Shown: in pieces, positions 29,351 to 37,307 of the stretch | Numbering within the stretch: position 1 is the first letter of the stretch | Layout: every line of letters starts with the position of its first letter | Made by a program: the position numbers and the translations under genes | Notes under the pieces: model-generated | The model's input: only the letters and a program-made list of their open reading frames with translations | The model's database searches: none | Told to the model about the DNA's origin: nothing | DNA from: Phycisphaerae bacterium | Lineage (GTDB): Bacteria > Planctomycetota > Phycisphaerae > UBA1845 > Fen-1342 | Direction of reading: 5' to 3' | NCBI GenBank assembly: GCA_963666925.2 | Contig: CAXXTC010000007.1 | Location: 192,001 to 256,000, forward strand | DNA: 64,000 bases

Positions 29351-30265
29351 ATGCGACGGGTCACTTCCCTGGCAGCTATCACGTTTCTCGGACTCTTGTC
29401 GCCGGTTGCCCTGGCGCAGCCCGAGATTATCTGGGACAACTTCCTTTCCGAAGGTGGCTATGACGGAGTTTCGTTCTTCAGCTCCGAGACCAACATCGCC
29501 ATAGAGGACTCATGGACCGCGGATGATGCCGTCTGGACGGATGGTGCTGAGATCGTTGCGTTGGAGTGGATGGCGATCTGGCGTCCGCAGTATGAGTACA
29601 CCGCGCAGGTGCTGATTCTGGACACGACCTATGCGCAGTTGTATCTGGCTGTGGATCTTGAGTTTGAGACCGCGGAGCTGAATGATGGCGAGCCGGTGTT
29701 CGGGCTGTCGGCCTACCAGGGACATGTGGAACTGCCCGAGCCTCTTATGCTACCCCCGGGACATTATTATTACTCGGTGCGTCTGGCGACCGAAACCGCG
29801 GGCCGCAACATGGTCCTTACCACAGGCGATGGCGCGCTGCACCCGGACGGTATGACGATGGGTATCGTTCGTAGCCCGGACTACAACCTGCTCCACTGGA
29901 CGTTCATAGCCGATTATAAGGACCAGCCGGCCAGCGATTTTGCCTACCGCGTGTTCGGGTCGACGTTCCCGGACTGTAACGGCAACGCTGTTCCCGATGA
30001 GATCGACTTGGCCAACGGCACGTTGCATGACTTCAACGAGAACGGCGTGCCGGACGAGTGCGACTATCAGCCGGGCGACATGGATTGCAACGGCGTGGTC
30101 AACTTTGACGACATAACGCCGTTTACGATTGCCCTGGGACAGGGCCAGGATGCCTACCAGGAATTGTGGCCGTACTGCAATTTCCTCAACGGGGACATTG
30201 ATGGCAATGGTGTTGTCAACTTCGACGACATTAACGGGTTTGTCGACCTGGTCGTTGGCACGTAG
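29351..30265 (+). CDS. Secreted protein of unknown function with D-x-N-x-N-x-x-P-D-E repeats and a dockerin-like C-terminus
   Basis: AGGAGG RBS; signal peptide; 'DCNGNAVPDE..DFNENGVPDEC'; dockerin-like tail from about 30074. Confidence 0.8.
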   Translation: MRRVTSLAAITFLGLLSPVALAQPEIIWDNFLSEGGYDGVSFFSSETNIAIEDSWTADDAVWTDGAEIVALEWMAIWRPQYEYTAQVLILDTTYAQLYLAVDLEFETAELNDGEPVFGLSAYQGHVELPEPLMLPPGHYYYSVRLATETAGRNMVLTTGDGALHPDGMTMGIVRSPDYNLLHWTFIADYKDQPASDFAYRVFGSTFPDCNGNAVPDEIDLANGTLHDFNENGVPDECDYQPGDMDCNGVVNFDDITPFTIALGQGQDAYQELWPYCNFLNGDIDGNGVVNFDDINGFVDLVVGT

Positions 30266-30335
30266 AGGCTGACTGGTTATTGATCGGCCCGGGCGCGGGG
30301 GCAATCGCGGGCACAAATCTGAATAGCGCATGCGA

Positions 30336-30370
30336 GCGGGGCTGCCGACCACCTGGGTCGACAGCCCCGC
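30336..30370. terminator. Hairpin between convergent genes
   Basis: GCGGGGCTGCCGACC-ACCTG-GGTCGACAGCCCCGC. Confidence 0.5.
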
Positions 30371-30401
30371 GACGCTAACTACTCATCAACTGCGGGCTTC
30401 G

Positions 30402-33400
30402 TTACGGCATCAGGATGCACTCGCCATTGACGAGGGCTTCCACGAACGGGTCGATGTCGTCGAAGTTCACACTTCCGTCCCAATTGCAGTCGTTGTGCAG
30501 GAAGTCACACGGCGGCGTGCCGGTGAACATGTCCTCCCAATTCATCTCCGCGACCAGGGCTGCGACGAAGAAGTCGATGTCGTCGAAGTTGATTGTCCCG
30601 TCGCAGTTGGAGTCGCCGTGACATTCGCAGATGTCGGCTACGCCGTTGGCGTTGGCGTCGTCACACGTGGTGTCGTCACCCATGTAGGCCCCGCCGGCCG
30701 CGTCGCAATCGTCGGCCGTGAGAACCTCGCAGGCGTAACCCGCCTGGCAGCAGGCGCCGGTCGTCGGCTGCGGGCAGGGGTTCGGGTTACAGACGGTGTC
30801 GTCGCCTTCGTAGGCTCCGCCGGCCGCGATGCAGTCGGCTTCGGTCTGTACGAGGCAGGAGCCATCTTCGTAGCAGCAAGCACCTTCAGGCTGCGGGCAG
30901 GGGTTCGGGTTACAGACGGTGTCGTCGCCTTCGTAGGCTCCGCCGGCCGCGATGCAGTCGGCCTCGGTCTGCACGAGGCAGGAACCGTCTTCGTAGCAGC
31001 ATGCACCAGTCGGCTGCGGACAGGGGTTCGGATCACAGACGGTGTCGTTGCCTTCGTAGGCTCCGCCGGCCGCGATGCAGTCGGCCTCGGTCTGCACGAG
31101 GCAGGAACCGTCTTCGTAGCAGCAGGCGCCGGTCGGCTGCGGACAGGGGTTCGGGTTACAGACGGTGTCGTCGCCTTCGTAGGCTCCGCCGGCTGCAATG
31201 CAGTCGGCTTCAGTCTGCACAAGGCAGGACCCATCTTCGTAGCAGCAGGCGCCGGTCGGCTGCGGGCAGGGGTTCGGATCACAGACGGTGTCGTTGCCTT
31301 CGTAGGCTCCGCCGGCCGCGATGCAGTCGGCCTCGGTCTGCACGAGGCAGGAACCGTCTTCGTAGCAGCATGCACCAGTCGGCTGCGGGCAAGGGTTCGG
31401 ATCGCAATCCGTGCCATCGCCCTGGTAGGTGCCGGCGCTGGCATTGCACAAGGCGATGGTTCTGATGACGCAGGAGCCATCGGCGAGGCAGCAAGCGCCT
31501 TCGGGCTGCGGGCAGGGGTTGGGATCACAGACGGTGTCGTTACCCTCGTAGGTGCCGCCGGCCGCGGAGCAGTCGTCCGCGGTCTGCACGAGGCAGGAGC
31601 CGTCGGTGTAACAGCAGGCGCCGGTCTCGGTGCCGTCGCAACTGAAGGAGTTGATGACGAACGCGTCGAGGCCGGCCTCGACCACATTCTGCGGATCATC
31701 ATCGCGAGCGGTGATGCGGAAGCGGATGGTGGATGTGGCCGTCACTTCCGAGCCGACCTCGATGGAGTCGGTGCGCCAGACGCTGGACGGTTCGTCGTAG
31801 CTGCGAATGGTGGTCCAGTTGTTGCTGGCGGCGTTCGTCGCGACCTCGACGGTCATGGCGTCTTCATCACCCATCGAGCCACTACTGACGTCGTTCAGCC
31901 AGTAGGCGTAGGACACGGTGGCGCCGTCACTCAGGTCGAAGAGTGGCGAGGTGAGCTGGGTGTACCCGTCGTCGATATCCGAGTTATCGTCGCTCTCGTC
32001 GTTTTCGGTCAGGTAGCACTGTCCGGAGCCGTCGTAGTCGGCTGGCGGGTCGCCGCGGTTGTTGTTCACGGGCACGCCGCGTTCCCAGAAGCCCTCGGTT
32101 GCGGTGGTATAGACGGTCCAGCCCTGGTCGGTCTCGAAATCGTCGGAGAAGATGTCGAGCCACTCACCGACGGTGGCGGAATACACAGACGTTGGTGCGT
32201 TGCTGGGTGAGTAAACGAGACCGCTGACGGTTCCCAGGACACTGAAGTAGTACTCGGGGTTGTCACTGCAACTAGCGGCGGGGAGGGTGGCCTCGTATGA
32301 GGTTCCGGTGATCTGAGTCAGCGTGCTGCTGTTCCAGGTTCCGCCGTCGTAGCGGTAGTACAGGGTAGCGCTGCCGGCAAGCACGTTCTCACCGACGGGG
32401 GTAATGGTAACGTCGATGGTGGTTGGCGTTCCTGGGGTGATGTAGTCGGGCAGGCCGCTGGGGAAGCTGATGAACAGGCCGGCATTTGCGGCGCCGTCGC
32501 CAACTAGGGAGAAGGGCTGCGGGCTTTCCGGGACGTTGTAGCCGTAGACCTCGATAGTCCAGGTTCCGGCGGCGGGGTTAGCCACGTAGACCTGTTCGAT
32601 GTTGTTGGTGTGGTCCTCGGCGGTGCGGACGGCGGCGTTGCTCGGATTGTCCGGATCGAGCGTCCAGGGGTAGTGGCGTCCGCTGGAGGGATCGGTGACG
32701 ACCAGGTCGAGGTCGTTGACGAGGGCCGGGTCGGCGTTGGGCGTGGCCGGGTAGTCGTCCCAGGCGAGCGTGACCTTGAACTCGGAGGCGCCGGAGGGGA
32801 CGACGAAGGTGCGTGTATAGGTGTCACCGTTGTCGACGCTGTTTTCGAGGAACTCGCCGGCGCGCATCAGCTCGATGGCGGGCTGCACGCGTACGGAGCC
32901 GTAGCCGAACTGGTAGTCCGGTCCGGTATTGCCGCAGTCGACGGCGGTATGGGCGAGCAGACATTTCAGGGTGGAGTTACGGAACATTGCCTGGCCGGCG
33001 TACTGTGTCTTGAAGTCCTGGATGATGAGAGCGGAGAGTCCGCAGACGGTGGGGCTGGCCATAGATGTGCCGCACATGATCGTGTAGGCGGAGTCTCCGG
33101 AATATGAGCAGGAAGTAACGCCGCCGTCGCCGCTGTTCTGGCAGCCGGGGCCGGCGATGTCGGGCTTGAGTCGGCCGTCGTCGACGGGTCCCCAACTGGT
33201 GAAACTGGTGATGGAGTCGTCATCGGAATTGACGGCGCCGACGGTGATGTGGTTTTTTGCGCAGGCGGGCGGCGCGGTCGTGAAGTAGGTGTCTCCGCAG
33301 CGTGAGGTCTGGCGTTCGTTGCCGTTGGCCCAGATGACGCGGAAAGGTTCGTCGAAATCGGGATCGGATCCGTCGCCGCGGACGATGGTGTCGATGACCT

Positions 33401-34526
33401 GTGAGGTGGCGCCGTAGTCGCCGGTGATATCGCAGTCGAATCCGTTGGTGGCGGTGTTTGTTCCGATGGAGTTGTTCGCGATTTCGGCTCCGTAGGTGTT
33501 GATGGCCTGGGCGTAGTCGGATTCGATATCGCCGGGATTGCTATAGAGGAAGACTCCGGTGTAGTCGTACTCGAAGCCGTAGGACAGGAGGGTTGCTGCG
33601 GGAGCCATTCCCTTGTAGGCGGAGTTGGCGACGCCGGCGCCGCCGACGGTTCCGCACACGTGGGTGGCGTGGTTGGCCATTCCGGAGGAGTCGTGTACGG
33701 TCAGGCGGCCTTCGAAGTCGACGTGTGTTGAGCGGGCCGTTCCACCGTCGTATACGAGGACGGTGACGCCGGTGCCGTCGAGGTAATACGGTGCATCCTG
33801 GACGACGTCGACGCCGGTGAGCGTGCGGTTGCTGTCGTTGACTTCGCTGAGGCGTGGCAGGGCGGGCTCGGCCCATTCGACATTGTCGTCGTCGGCCAGG
33901 GAAGGAATGGCATCCAGCTCGATCTCGAGAACTAGGCCGTTGATCGATTCGAGCTCGTCGCGGACGACGGCTCCGAAGGACTCGGCCAGCGCGCGTCCCT
34001 CGTTCAGGGGTACGTCGCGGTGGAACACGACGTAGGCGCCGACGATGGCGTGCTGCTCGGCGGTCATTCCGACGACGGCCCAGGTGGGCGTGCGTCCTTC
34101 GACGAGCATCGGGTGCAGTTTCCAGGTGGTCTCGATCGGTACGGCCGACACCAGGCCCGTGTTGTTGACGACGGCGGCCGGATCGAGTGCGTCGCGGTCA
34201 ACGGTGGCGAAGAAGGCGTTGTTCGAGACGTATGCGCCGAGTGTCAGGCCGGCTCTCGCGAGCTGGTCGCGCAGGTCCGGTCCCACGGTTCGATCGAACT
34301 GCACGAGGATGTGCTGCTCGGCGTCGTCGGCGCGCTGCTGCACGAGCTCATCGAGGTCAACGGCAAGGTCGATCGGGCTGCGCTGGTCCAGTTGGACGGT
34401 CTCGCTGCGGAATGGCACCTCACCCGCTACAGCGGGGTTGATGATCAGTATCGTGGACAGCGCGATCAGGAATACATCGCGCAACGTTTGCAGCCTACGG
34501 GGACTGCCACAGCCTGATAATGACAT
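30402..34526 (-). CDS. Secreted S8 subtilase with MAM-like domain, eight Cys-rich repeats and a dockerin-like C-terminus
   Basis: AAGGAGG RBS before the ATG at 34526; catalytic triad 'VYDGG', 'HATHVCGT', 'GTSMASP'; 'ANGNE' oxyanion Asn; 'KVTLAWDD...LVNDLDL'. Confidence 0.9.
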   Translation of the reverse strand: MSLSGCGSPRRLQTLRDVFLIALSTILIINPAVAGEVPFRSETVQLDQRSPIDLAVDLDELVQQRADDAEQHILVQFDRTVGPDLRDQLARAGLTLGAYVSNNAFFATVDRDALDPAAVVNNTGLVSAVPIETTWKLHPMLVEGRTPTWAVVGMTAEQHAIVGAYVVFHRDVPLNEGRALAESFGAVVRDELESINGLVLEIELDAIPSLADDDNVEWAEPALPRLSEVNDSNRTLTGVDVVQDAPYYLDGTGVTVLVYDGGTARSTHVDFEGRLTVHDSSGMANHATHVCGTVGGAGVANSAYKGMAPAATLLSYGFEYDYTGVFLYSNPGDIESDYAQAINTYGAEIANNSIGTNTATNGFDCDITGDYGATSQVIDTIVRGDGSDPDFDEPFRVIWANGNERQTSRCGDTYFTTAPPACAKNHITVGAVNSDDDSITSFTSWGPVDDGRLKPDIAGPGCQNSGDGGVTSCSYSGDSAYTIMCGTSMASPTVCGLSALIIQDFKTQYAGQAMFRNSTLKCLLAHTAVDCGNTGPDYQFGYGSVRVQPAIELMRAGEFLENSVDNGDTYTRTFVVPSGASEFKVTLAWDDYPATPNADPALVNDLDLVVTDPSSGRHYPWTLDPDNPSNAAVRTAEDHTNNIEQVYVANPAAGTWTIEVYGYNVPESPQPFSLVGDGAANAGLFISFPSGLPDYITPGTPTTIDVTITPVGENVLAGSATLYYRYDGGTWNSSTLTQITGTSYEATLPAASCSDNPEYYFSVLGTVSGLVYSPSNAPTSVYSATVGEWLDIFSDDFETDQGWTVYTTATEGFWERGVPVNNNRGDPPADYDGSGQCYLTENDESDDNSDIDDGYTQLTSPLFDLSDGATVSYAYWLNDVSSGSMGDEDAMTVEVATNAASNNWTTIRSYDEPSSVWRTDSIEVGSEVTATSTIRFRITARDDDPQNVVEAGLDAFVINSFSCDGTETGACCYTDGSCLVQTADDCSAAGGTYEGNDTVCDPNPCPQPEGACCLADGSCVIRTIALCNASAGTYQGDGTDCDPNPCPQPTGACCYEDGSCLVQTEADCIAAGGAYEGNDTVCDPNPCPQPTGACCYEDGSCLVQTEADCIAAGGAYEGDDTVCNPNPCPQPTGACCYEDGSCLVQTEADCIAAGGAYEGNDTVCDPNPCPQPTGACCYEDGSCLVQTEADCIAAGGAYEGDDTVCNPNPCPQPEGACCYEDGSCLVQTEADCIAAGGAYEGDDTVCNPNPCPQPTTGACCQAGYACEVLTADDCDAAGGAYMGDDTTCDDANANGVADICECHGDSNCDGTINFDDIDFFVAALVAEMNWEDMFTGTPPCDFLHNDCNWDGSVNFDDIDPFVEALVNGECILMP
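30650..31627 (-). repeat. Intragenic tandem repeat, 123-bp (41-aa) unit, 8 copies
   Basis: TGACCYEDGSCLVQTEADCIAAGGAYEG(N/D)DTVC(D/N)PNPCPQP; the DNA motif 'ggctgcgg(g/a)ca(g/a)gggtt' recurs every 123 bp. Confidence 0.92.
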
Positions 34527-35150
34527 TACTCTTGGCCTCCTTAAGTGCCGCTTGACGGCGGCGAACACGGGCTTCCCAGACCTCCGCGACAGGGCCGAAC
34601 GTGGCGTCTGCCGGCGGCGGATGCGTTGTCTGATCTCGGAGCGGGAGGATTGCCCGATTGGCGGGCACCGATGAGGTGCGCTAAGACAACTACGTCGAAG
34701 GATGGGCCGGGGGCCAATCCACAGCAGCAGCAGCCTTAACGCGCGAGTTAAACTCTATCCCATCCCGCTCAGCGCGAATCTGGCACACTTGGTGCCGGGT
34801 TATCTGCCCGGGCATACCCAGGATTAGCCCAGCTACCAATCTACCATTTCGGCATTCTAGAGTGATATTACCGCGCCAGTGATGCGGGACCAACCGAAAT
34901 CGACTCTTCAGGTCCGATATAAATCTGGTTCAGGGGTGAGTGCGATGATCCCGCTGAAAGAAAGTTCGGGGCGTGCCCGTTGGTTGAGACGTGAGTTGCG
35001 CGGCGACGCGTTGATTTGGGTTATCGGTCGTCGACTCGCGGGGCGCCGAAGGTGTGCGTAACAGGCCCAACAGCGCCCGCGGCGCGTCGGCCGCGGGCGC
35101 TGGCGCCACGCTGCTTCAATCCGATTCGCTTCGACAAGGCCGAGCTTGCT

Positions 35151-36716
35151 CTAGGCGTCGATCAGCAAATCAACGAAGCCGTTGATATCGTCGAAGTTCA
35201 CGGTTTCGTCGTCATTGGTGTCGCCGTTGAGCCAGGGGCAGAATTCGTACGTCGATTCGTAGGCGTCCTGGTCGACCATGGCCAGGATGAAGGGGTCGAC
35301 GTCATCGAAGTTGACTGTCCCGTCGCAGTTCAGGTCGCCGGTATGACGACAGATGCCCGAGTAGTCGACGCTGACGCCGGCGGCGGCAGCAAAACAGGCG
35401 TTGGAGTAGGTTTGCCCGTCGCAGCCGCAAACCGGGTCGAAAACCTGCGGGCAGTCGAACGCTCGCGGTGTGCAGGTGCCCATCTCGTCATCGCAGCTAT
35501 CGAAGTGGCAATACGAGTCTGGGCCGCAATCATCATTCGACCAGCAGTAGGACCCGAAGCACGGTCCGTATATCAGGATGTTCTGGCCGGCCCTAGCGGC
35601 GTGGCAGGCGTTCGAGTACGTCACGCCATCGCATCCACACACCGGATCCCAGTCCATCGTGCAGATCTCCGGCCGCAGCGCGCAGGTGCCCTCTTCGTCG
35701 TCGCAGTTTTCCTTGTAGCAATAGAAGTCTGGGCCGCAGTCGTCGTTGTCCCAGCACGGGAAGCCCGCGCAGGGGCCTTCGTAGTCGATATTCACTCCGG
35801 CTTGGGCGGCGTAGCACTCGTTTGAGTAGGTGTTTCCGTCGCAGTCGCAGACGGGATCCCACACGTTGTAGCAGTGAGTCGGGCGCTCAGTGCACACGCC
35901 CACGGGTGCGTCGCAGTTTTCTTTGAAGCAGTAGTAGCCAAACTGACAGTCTTCATTCGACCAGCACAACGTTCCTTCGCACGGGCCCTGGAAATCGATG
36001 CTGACGCCGGCGGCGGCCGCGATGCAGCCGTTGCTGTACGTGACACCATCACACCCGCAGACCGGTGCCCAGATGTCGAAGCAGGCCATCGGGCGCGGCA
36101 CGCAGATGCCCGTCTCGGCGGCGCACGAGTCGAAGAAGCAGTAATGATCTTCCGGGCAGGCGTCGTTCGACCAGCAGGTTGTGGTCAGGTAGGGCCCGTG
36201 CAGTGGCCCCGTCCCGATGCCCACCGGATCCTGCCACGATTCGGTGAAGTAGTAGTCCTCCGGCGGGTCGTTCGGTCGGCGGCAGTGGAGCCGCCAGCCG
36301 ACGTCCTCGGCGCCCGCGGGATGCCAGAAACGGAATACGAAGTGTTCGATGGCGTACGTGGGGTCGTCGGTGTACCAGCGTACGCGGGCTTCCGTGAGGC
36401 TGTCACAGACCGCGGTTGAGACCTCGCCGTGGGGCGTAAAGATGCCACAGCCGTGGCTGAAGCCTTCGTTCGGCACGATCGTCACCTGCCAACCGTCCGG
36501 AACGCTGAAGTCGTAGTAGCGTTCGATGTAGATGTCGTTGGTGCCGACGCTGAACTCCATCATGGGGTAGCTGGCGGCATCGACCTCGTATTGATAACGG
36601 GTCATGCCATTGGTGGCGTCGCGTGCACACTGGCAGAACACCAGTGGTGCATCCGCCAGCGCGGTCGACGCGGAGAGGAAAACGATCGCCAGACACAGGG
36701 TGACACGGGTGCGCAC
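35151..36716 (-). CDS. Secreted protein with four Kazal-type protease-inhibitor domains and a dockerin-like C-terminus
   Basis: AAGGAGG RBS before the GTG at 36716; signal peptide; 4x 'CW.N..C....YC....C....G.C..R...C.....PVC.CDG.TYSN.C.A..AG'. Confidence 0.85.
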   Translation of the reverse strand: MRTRVTLCLAIVFLSASTALADAPLVFCQCARDATNGMTRYQYEVDAASYPMMEFSVGTNDIYIERYYDFSVPDGWQVTIVPNEGFSHGCGIFTPHGEVSTAVCDSLTEARVRWYTDDPTYAIEHFVFRFWHPAGAEDVGWRLHCRRPNDPPEDYYFTESWQDPVGIGTGPLHGPYLTTTCWSNDACPEDHYCFFDSCAAETGICVPRPMACFDIWAPVCGCDGVTYSNGCIAAAAGVSIDFQGPCEGTLCWSNEDCQFGYYCFKENCDAPVGVCTERPTHCYNVWDPVCDCDGNTYSNECYAAQAGVNIDYEGPCAGFPCWDNDDCGPDFYCYKENCDDEEGTCALRPEICTMDWDPVCGCDGVTYSNACHAARAGQNILIYGPCFGSYCWSNDDCGPDSYCHFDSCDDEMGTCTPRAFDCPQVFDPVCGCDGQTYSNACFAAAAGVSVDYSGICRHTGDLNCDGTVNFDDVDPFILAMVDQDAYESTYEFCPWLNGDTNDDETVNFDDINGFVDLLIDA

Positions 36717-37035
36717 GGCTCGCCTCCTTTCGCAAGGGCGTATTCCTGGCGGCGGGCCGGACACCGCCGTGCGAGACGCAACGTGAGGATCGGCGGCAAT
36801 GGGTTAGCACGGCAACGGCCGGGCCCCCAAAATCGGCCCACCACGCTTACCCGGCAAACAATTTAGCCGGCCCCAGGTGCGAATGGGGAAAAGAAGTGTC
36901 GGAATATGTCGAATAGGTGGTTGTAAGCGGGACGGCAATGGGGTGAGCAAAGCTGGGAGTGAGAGTTGGACGCGAGTTGCGTGGCGAGTGAAGGTGGTGA
37001 CCAGTTCGGGCGGGCCCGGCCACGATATGAAACCA

Positions 37036-37109
37036 CGCGCCCGGCAGGATTCGAACCTGCGACCACCGGATTAGAAGTCCGGTGCTCTATCCAGCTGAGC
37101 TACGGGCGC
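37036..37109 (-). tRNA. tRNA-Arg (anticodon TCT); CCA not encoded
   Basis: GCGCCCG-TAGCTCAGCTGGATAGAGC-A-CCGGA-CTTCTAA-TCCGG-TGGTC-GCAGG-TTCGAAT-CCTGC-CGGGCGC-G cloverleaf. Confidence 0.95.
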
Positions 37110-37307
37110 TCATTCGGCCCGGGCCGTTCCGCGATGACCTCATGCGGGCCAATCGCCGGCGGAATCGGGCCGGTATGCCGAACGGGCGCAATTGTACGGT
37201 CCCGCGACCGGCCGGCAACATCGTCGCCCGACGGTGACGCTTGATGCCGGGCGTTTTGGCGGGCAAACTGTGCATGCGCGTCGTGTGAACGGCGCCTGAG
37301 TGAGGCC

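Noticed and set aside
30330..32210. 626-aa repetitive + strand ORF, and the 123-bp repeats as a possible CRISPR array
   Set aside because: This is the antisense of the subtilase Cys-rich repeats. The units are contiguous, codon-phased and have no unique spacers, and no cas genes are present.
37036..37109. tRNA-Arg as the integration site of a genomic island holding the tagged-protein cluster
   Set aside because: I found no integrase, no duplicated tRNA 3' end and no obvious GC drop across the cluster.
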